This document shows positions 26,702 to 33,449 of a DNA stretch of 33,449 nucleotides, one piece after another (within the stretch, counting starts at the first letter, position 1; each line of letters starts with the position of its first letter). The notes beneath the pieces were generated by a model. The model was given only the letters and a program-made list of their open reading frames with translations, did no database searches and was not told the origin of the DNA. The stretch is from Octopus sinensis. Taxonomy: Eukaryota. A program made the translations under genes and the position numbers. The stretch covers positions 1 through 33,449 of the forward strand of contig NW_021832038.1 of NCBI RefSeq assembly GCF_006345805.1, in the 5' to 3' direction.

Positions 26702-27206
26702 AATATAAATTGTTTGTAACTATCCCAGAATACTTTATAAATATGGTCTACACTAGGAGTGAGGAGCTCATCACCTGATTTTAAATTTGAAATTACTCAA
26801 TGAGAAAATCTATAAAGATCCATATGAAAAAATTTAAATAGTAATGTAATATACATAGCATATCTATGAATTTGAAAGATTCATTAATTTTCTCAGTAAA
26901 AATGTACCTCAGAAATTCTTATACACCTTTCAATTTACTTTTCATACTGAACAGTTCCCCCAACTCTTCCTTATGCCATTGGTCTTTGATTAATGAAAAC
27001 CACAGATGAACCATCATCTTCAAGCAATCTACATGCATGGAACTGTTTCTAACTTGGTGTGACCAATGTTATCCTGTCTCAGACAGGTTCTGAATTTTTC
27101 TAACTTTTTCTACTTAGTGCTGCTTTGTAATGACTTGACATCATTTAACTTGCAATAACTGCATTAATTCCAAATATTCTGTTCTATGACAAAAAAAAAA
27201 AGAACA

Positions 27207-27350
27207 TTGCTGCTGTCATTTCACATCTGTTATCTATACTGGCATGGTGAACTGTTTGACAGGAGCTGGTAAGTCTGGGAGCCACATCAAGCTTTAGTGT
27301 CTGTTTTCGCATGGTTTATACAACTGGATCTCCTTCCTAGTGCTAAGTGT
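27207..27350 (-). mobile_element. Highly decayed SINE/RTE 3' tail fragment
   Basis: GGCATGG...TTTGAC...CTGGATCTCCTTCCTAGTGC aligns by eye with the RTE tail at 1301-1440 (GCATGGGTTGGACGGTTCGAC...CTGGATGCCCTTCCTAACGC). Confidence 0.6.
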
Positions 27351-27649
27351 CCAACTGACAGATTTATTAAATCTCCATGAACATTGTATAGGGAATCATA
27401 TAAATCAAAATAACTTAAGAGATTTAACCAATTTGGACCAGTAGAAAGGCCAAAAAGAGGTAATATTTCAGTATTTATATGCATTCGTTCACTGTTTCCC
27501 TATTTCAGCAAAAATGCCTTACTACATTTAAAACAACTCCACTTAAACTACATAGAAAATATTTAAATAAACACACTAAAAATAGGTTAGTTAATCAACC
27601 TGAAAACTTCACTAAAACTGAGGGAGTAGTTTCCCAATATAAGTTTTGC

Positions 27650-28339
27650 CATCTTCACACCCTACTCCAACAAACCAAACTACATCTCTCCTCTTACTCA
27701 CATTTCCTCTTTTAATGCACTATGCTTATCTCTTGCTCCCCAGTTCTGTCCACACTGCACTGCTCACAGTATCATTACTATCCTGTTGTCCCCTACCCAC
27801 TCTATATGCCCAGGTTTTACCAGTCACTGCATACCCCACCCCCACACACCTTGCATTCACTCTCTATACATGTACCTTGGCAACTCCCTCCCTTTTATAT
27901 TCTGACCCCATGTCTTTAGAGCATACTCTTCCAATTTGCTACCACTGATCTCCTTGTGGCTCTCCTCTACCATCCCATTTATATTCTGATCCCCATTCCT
28001 TATGAGCATGCTCTGGTGCTTTACCACTATCTCTCTCCTGCTCTCTTGCACTCTCTTTCTCTTTCTCCTGCTCTCTTGCACTCTCCCTCTTTCTTTTGCT
28101 CTCTTTCACTCCCTTTCTCTATTCCTTAGACTGGTTAACTATGTATCGGTTCTACAGCAACTCACCCACTATTGGCCTCAATCTTGATCACTCCTTCTCT
28201 CTCCTTCTGACTGGGTAACCATGTATCACCTCTACAGCAACACATCTATTTGTTTCTCTGTCATACACTAACCTTTCATCATCTGGCACAAGATCACCTC
28301 CAATGCCACATCCTCTCTCAAAGGATTTTTATCTTACAA
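27650..28339 (+). other. Pyrimidine-rich low-complexity region, probably the upstream 3' UTR of the adjacent retroposon
   Basis: C/T-rich strand with a 30-bp tandem duplication (28031-28090) and an 80-bp-spaced direct repeat (28130/28210); contiguous with the tail below. Confidence 0.4.
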
Positions 28340-28659
28340 GTTATTTGGTGACTCTGTTAGTGTTGGTGCCACATAAAAAGCATCCATTCCACACTGTAAA
28401 GTGGTTGGCATTTGGAAGAGCATCCAACTGTAAAAAAAAAAAACATGCTAAAACTGATCTCAGTTGTGCTGGTGTCACATAAGCATTCAGTCCATTCAGT
28501 GGAGTGGTTGATGTTAGGAAGGGCACCTAGTCATAAAAATCATGTCAAAACAGAAAGCATAGCATGGTGCAGTCTTCCGCTTAGTGACCTCTAGTCAAAA
28601 TGTCCAACCCATGCCAACATGGAAAGCAGATGTTAAATGATGATGATGATAATGATGAT
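28340..28659 (+). mobile_element. Decayed retroposon 3' end sharing the RTE tail
   Basis: GGTGCCACATAAAAAGCA...GTGGTTGGCATTTGGAAGAGCATCCA (present twice)...CCAACCCATGCCAACATGGAAAGCAGATGTTAAATGATGATGATG; homologous to 30767-30952 with CpG->TpG/CpA decay. Confidence 0.85.
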
Positions 28660-28873
28660 TTCTGAAAGGAAAATTATTTGTACTTACAAGTGTAATACTG
28701 AGCAAGAAACAAAGCTAAACTAGAGCCCCTGACATTAAAACCCAGAGCTGACTATAACACTTAAACTGAAAGTAGAACTTTAAGTACTTTATGAATATAT
28801 TAATAAATTATAAACAATTCTGTATAACATAAAATAACATTTTAAATGATTAAAGAAGCATGTAACAACTTAC

Positions 28874-29182
28874 TCTTATATCTCAAAGTAAAAACAACAG
28901 TTTCTTTTCCTATGGAGTTTTCCACTGTTAAGGTATAAGTACCAATAGCATCATCTTTGATGTCTTCTATCTTTAAACTAGTACAGCTTCCTTTGAAAGG
29001 AAACTCATCTTGTAAATAATCAGTTATTAAATATTTGTTTGAGTCAATTGATTCCTCATTTTTCTGCCATTTTACATCAGATTTTGGATGCGAATAAAAA
29101 CACTGTTTGAAAATTACAGTTTCTCCATTTGAAACATTTCTCTTTTTTGGACCATTTGATCCTGAACTGAACATGGCTTTCA
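28874..29182 (-). CDS. Internal exon (phase 1/1) encoding an I-set Ig-like domain of a cell-surface/secreted Ig-superfamily protein
   Basis: Acceptor TTATTTTTTCCACCAG| and donor A|GTAAGT, 309 nt, open. Peptide ...VSNGETVIFKQCFYSHPKSDVKWQKN...SLKIEDIKDDAIGTYTLTVENSIGKETVVFTL has the Ig C-strand Trp and a D-x-G-x-Y-like motif. Confidence 0.88.
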
Positions 29183-29316
29183 CTGGTGGAAAAAATAATA
29201 AAATATTAAAAGAGAAAATACACATGTACTAGAAATTAAATATTTTCTGAAAATAACAATAAATATTCTAAATTATCAATTGAAGATTATCATAAGTTTT
29301 TGGAAAAAATAAGATG

Positions 29317-29470
29317 AAATAATCCTTTCTACTATAGGCAAAAAGGCCTGGAATTTTGGGGAAGGGGCTAGTCAATTATATTGAGCCCAGTGCTTCACAG
29401 GAACTTATTTTATCAATTCCAAAAGAATGAAAGGCAAAGCAGGCTTTGGTAGAATTTGAACTCAGACTGT
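29317..29470 (-). mobile_element. Decayed tRNA-derived SINE with a Meta/MESC-type central domain (octopus SINE-like)
   Basis: Minus strand reads B-box GAGTTCAAATTC, then TTTGCCTTTCATTCTTTTGGAATTGATAAAATAAGT...CCCCAAAATTCCAGGCC...TAGTAGAAAGGATTATT. Family assignment is from recall. Confidence 0.75.
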
Positions 29471-29614
29471 GATGCACATGGCAGTATAACCAAGCACTTA
29501 GAGTACTGACTGATGCAGTGGTGGAGAGGGTAATGTGAATTAGCAATGACAAAAGGCCACAAGTAGTGGGGCATGGGAAGATAAAGGTTGCAAGCCAGCC
29601 ACTGTAAGGAAGAA

Positions 29615-30200
29615 GAATGATTGAAATGGGGAGTTAGGATCTTTCCGTTGATTCTGATGGTAAATATCACTTGGTAAATATCACTTGTCACTTTTTACCA
29701 TCAAGAGACTTGACCTTGTCAAATGGTGCCAAGAAAAAAAGATGGTAAAGATGGTAGAGCGGACAGTTTCCTAGGAAGGAGACATTGAAAATGCTCTCCT
29801 CAGGAAAGAAAATATATGTTGTTTAAACTTTGTGAAAACAATGGAAGAGAGGTAATATACCTTCCTGTAGAGACAAGTGTCAGAGGATTTGTTGGAATCA
29901 GGGTTCACTTGATGCTCGGGAGTTTTGGACTAGGTGCAAATGACACGAAAGATGTTACTAGAAAATTGCCGGAAGTTGTCAAGAAAGCAACTTATTATAT
30001 CTTCCTGAGGAGAGAGCATGAGTGATGAAGCAAGAATTAGCAATGAGGATGGTAGAAATAACTGATCCAGAGTTGCAACATCTGATCACCAAAGCTTGTG
30101 CTGTTGCATGCTTATGTTGTTGTTTACACCAGTAGGTGGCCCTGGACAGTTCTAGTGTCATGATAGAAAGGGCTGAAACACCTACAGAGCTGCTTTACTG
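29615..30200 (+). mobile_element. Decayed 3' fragment of an RLE-encoding (HERO/NeSL/R2-group) non-LTR retrotransposon
   Basis: Reads *DLSVD..KRLDLVKWCQEKKMVKMVERTVS*EGDIENALLRKEN / LCENNGREVIYLPVETSVRGFV...KKATYYIFLRR, matching RPD..ELTVPWE..A..RK..KY..PVEVGxRGF; contains stops, a frameshift and a 14-bp duplication (29659-29686). Confidence 0.8.
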
Positions 30201-30207
30201 CCCAAAA

Positions 30208-30952
30208 AGTGGTTGAGGAACCTGTGGAATAGGTAGACCCAGAAAGACCTGGGATGAGGTAGTGAAGCATGACCTTCGAACATTAGGCCTCACCAAGGCA
30301 ATAACTAGTGACCGGGACCTTTGGAAATATGCTGTGCTTGAGAAGACTCGGCAAGCTCAAGTGAGACCATAACCTTGTAATTTATGACAGGGGTGTAACC
30401 AGCCCACTTATGCATACCTTTCCTTCACTGGACACTATTCTCCACTTGCGAAGACCTGTTGAGGCAAATGATATTGAAATCAAATTCAATGACTGGCATC
30501 CATGCCAGTGGAGCGCTAAGAGTACCATACGAGGATGATCGTTGCCAGAGCAACAAGCTAGCCTCCATGCCGATGGCACGTAAAAAGCACCATTCGAGTG
30601 TGATCATTACCTGCGTCGCCTTACTGGCACTTGTGCTGGTGGCACGTGAAAAACATTTGAGCAAGGTCATTGCCAGAGCCACTGAACTGGCTCTCGTGCA
30701 TGTGGCACATAAAAAGCACCATTTGAGCGAGGCAGCTGCCAGTACCACCTGACTGGCCCTCATGCCGGTGGCACGTAAAAAGCACCCACTACACTCTCGG
30801 AGTGGTTGGCGTTAGGAAGGGCATCCAGCTGTAGAAACTCTGCCAGATCAGATTGGAGTGTGGTGCAGCCATCTGGTTCACCAGACCTCAGTCAAATCGT
30901 CTAACCGATGCTAGCATGGAAAGCGGTTGTTAAACGATGATGATGATAATGA
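30208..30952 (+). mobile_element. Short 5'-truncated RTE copy (RT C-terminus plus 3' UTR)
   Basis: GRPRKTWDEVVKHDLRTLGLT..TSDRDLWKYAVLEKTRQ is nearly identical to the end of the 2361-3446 ORF; same tail and (GAT)n end. Confidence 0.92.
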
Positions 30953-31770
30953 ATTTAAAACTACAAGTCAAGTGAACAACGTCAAGTGATGTATAGAAGT
31001 GGATAACTTGGTTTGATGATTATTTTTATAGATGTGGCCAAAGACAAGACACTACTGTGTAAAATAAAGAGGAAGGTTTTTCAAAGGATTCAAATTGATA
31101 TAATCTGTACAAGATATCAATTGAGAAATTTTGAGATTTATGTAAGTTAGAATGGGATTATCACTATGTGATATTGTCTCAGATATCACCTTGAGATTAT
31201 TATTTCCAAGTGACTAATCCATTACAAAGTTTGAAATTTATGCTCAAAGATCACTTAATCAAAAATGAAGAAATATGCAATTATGTGCATCATCTCTAAT
31301 AAAGACAATCTCTACAATGCTACTCAGAAACAGCCTATTGGTTTCACAGCCAATATTTCTAAGATTATGATGATTCATCACCTCCTACTTTAACTTTGAT
31401 CTCAAGACATCTGAAGATATATAAAACTAGGTCTCCTAGAAACCATTACCTTTATGTCACAAAGTGGCTTTCATGAAGGTCTAAACAGCATACAAACATT
31501 TCTCTTCTTTCTAAAGCTAACAAATATAATATGATATAGAATTTAAATGAAAACTCTATGTTACTAAAAGTTTTAGGAAGATCTTTGAAAAATAAATAAT
31601 TTATTGCCAAAAAGGAAACTAACACCATATGTATCTCTTTATAATTTGAAATAACAACAAATATTTTATGCTCTTGGTCTATAATTTAATTCATATGCTT
31701 CCAATTAATGTGAAAAAATGCTTTCAGTTCTTTTTTGGAAATATTGATGACAATCACTTTATTAAAACAA

Positions 31771-32983
31771 CTGAGTTGACAACTAAGTTCCTGCAGTCTT
31801 TTAAATTTTGGAATTTATTGCATTTTTAAATTTTGGAATCTATTTTTTTGTTTCTAGTTAATCTTAGAAACTGAAATGTCAAGTTAAGAGAAACGAGCAT
31901 TTTCAATACCTGCTTCTTTTTGCTTTTAATCAAGGCCGCAAAAGCTACTCGTGATATTTGTGCTGCGTATGGAGAGGGTACCATAGCTGAAAAAGCCACT
32001 CATGATACGTATGCCAAGTTCAAAAATGGAAATTTTGACCTTTAAGACATACCTTGTTCTGGCCGTCCAGTTGAGTTTGATGTAGATCGATTAAACCAAC
32101 TTTTGCACGAAAATTCTCGTGAAATGACAAGGGAACTGGCAGAGAAAATGGAATGCTCTCACACTGCTATAGAGAAGCATCTTCACTCGATGGGAAAGGT
32201 TCAGAAGTATGGAGCATGGGTTTTTGCATGTTCTAAGTGACAACAACAAAAATTAACAAGCCACAATCTCCACTGGTTTCCTTGCTCATCACCGCTCAAC
32301 TCAAAGACACAAGCAACGATTTCTTGGCCGAATCGTTACTAGAGTCGGAAAATGGTGCCTGAACATCAATATGAAACAGCGTAAGGTATGGCTTAACCCC
32401 GGTAAATAAGGGACACTGCGTGTAAAACAAGATCTTCATCAGCGTAAAATGATGTTGTGTATATGGTGGGACTGGGAAGGAATTATCCATTACGAATTGA
32501 TTGAATGGAACCAAACAGTCAATGTTGAACTCTATGTTCAACAGATGGAACAACTCAACATGGCTATCCAAGAGAAAAGACATAATCAGCAGCATAAAGC
32601 TCTTCTGCTGCATGACAACACCCACCCTCATATCGCCAAAATGACCAAGGTAGGCGTTCAAATGCATGGCTGAGAAGTGCTGCTACACCCACCATACTCT
32701 CCTAATTTGGCACCAATGGATTTCCACCTCTTTCTATCTCTTTCAAATGCTATGTGTAGAGTTTTGTTCAATAATGTTACAGAATTGAGAGCTTGAATCA
32801 ATTTTTTGAGCCGAAATCGGGTGATTTCTACCAACGAGGTATTGAAAAATCTTGTTGAACATTGGGAAGAAGTAGTAAACAACAAGGGTGAATGCATTAT
32901 TGATCAATTAGTTGTTATTTTTAATTAAACCTGTTAAAAAATTTAAATTTAAAAAAACGGCAGGAACTTAGTTGCCAACCCAA
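31771..32983 (+). mobile_element. Full-length decayed mariner (Tc1/mariner) DNA transposon, ~1.2 kb
   Basis: TIRs CTGAGTTGACAACTAAGTTCCTGCAGT (31771) and ACGGCAGGAACTTAGTTGCCAACCCAA (to 32983); TA on the right (32984-85), AA on the left. Confidence 0.93.
31871..32907 (+). pseudogene. Mariner transposase pseudogene
   Basis: FKNGNFDL*D..SGRP, MLCIWWDWEGIIHYEL, LLHDNTHPH and HPPYSPNLAPMDFHLF (YSPDLAP motif); multiple stops and frameshifts, start codon lost. Confidence 0.92.
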
Positions 32984-33194
32984 TACAATTCTTCAGTATT
33001 TATATCTCAAACAATTCCTGAAAATTATAATTTAAAATTATCAATTTTATTGATACACATAAAAAGAAACAAAGTCCAACAATATACTAATGGGATAAAA
33101 TTAAATAAATAACTGAACAATTTTACCATTATAAAAATTAAAAGTGAATTGTAAATATGTTTCAAAAATAATTGTGGCTTTGTAAAATACTTGC

Positions 33195-33446
33195 CTGGAA
33201 TTTTGTAGTTTGATGACTTAGTCACATTAAAATCTTCATTGATTACATGACACTCCCATGTACCAGTATTATTGAAGGAAGGATTGTTTATAGATAATTC
33301 TTCTTCATTATAAGTATTCTTAGTGGTGTTTCCCCATTTTTGCTTCAGTTCATATTTATGATTTGCTGGATTTCCACCAGATGCAGTGCAACTAATTATT
33401 ATTTTATTTGTCTTTTTTGAAATATTAAAGTTTACTTGAGGAGGAT
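33195..33446 (-). CDS. Internal exon (phase 1/1) encoding an Ig-like domain, upstream exon of the same gene
   Basis: xPPQVNFNISKKTNKIIISCTASGGNPANHKYELKQKW...LSINNPSFNNTGTWECHVINEDFNVTKSSNYKIP has both Ig cysteines. It ends CCAG|GCAAGT and splices in frame (G+TG=Val) to 29182. The acceptor AG at 33448-33447 is at the window edge and unconfirmed. Confidence 0.82.
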
Positions 33447-33449
33447 CTT

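Noticed and set aside
26698-26774. Possible phase-1 terminal exon (SDELLTPSVDHIYKVFWDSYKQFIL*) stopping at the satellite junction
   Set aside because: Weak acceptor, only 24 open codons and no homology recognised; plausible by chance, though RNA-seq could rescue it.
27287-28594. Short ORFs between the satellite and the Ig exon
   Set aside because: They overlap decayed retroposon tails and low-complexity sequence, with no splice or domain support.
29450-29470. tRNA gene
   Set aside because: B-box only, within a decayed SINE head; no cloverleaf.

Overview
Eukaryotic (non-prokaryotic) DNA, most likely octopus/cephalopod judging from the SINE and RTE families (recognised from memory, not searched). 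Left to right: (1) an AT-rich but CpG-retaining 0.9-kb stretch that may hold a leftward promoter/first exon; (2) a young 5'-truncated RTE-clade LINE (minus strand, ~1301-3446) sitting inside (TA)n microsatellites, with a PHD-type finger inside its RT and four 193-bp tandem units in its 3' UTR; (3) a 23-kb block of two directly abutting satellites, a 34-bp unit (~430 copies, 3568-18336) and a 65-bp unit (~127 copies, 18337-26612), both dyad-rich and with higher-order duplications, ending in a precise in-place 82-bp inversion; (4) a CpG-depleted region with two phase-1 Ig-domain exons of a minus-strand gene joined by a GC-AG intron, plus decayed SINE/RTE tails, a HERO-like restriction-endonuclease retrotransposon fragment and a full-length decayed mariner. 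Most ORFs in the track are repeat artefacts. No proven novel system; the best leads are the twin satellite, its terminal inversion and the missing 3' part of the Ig gene.
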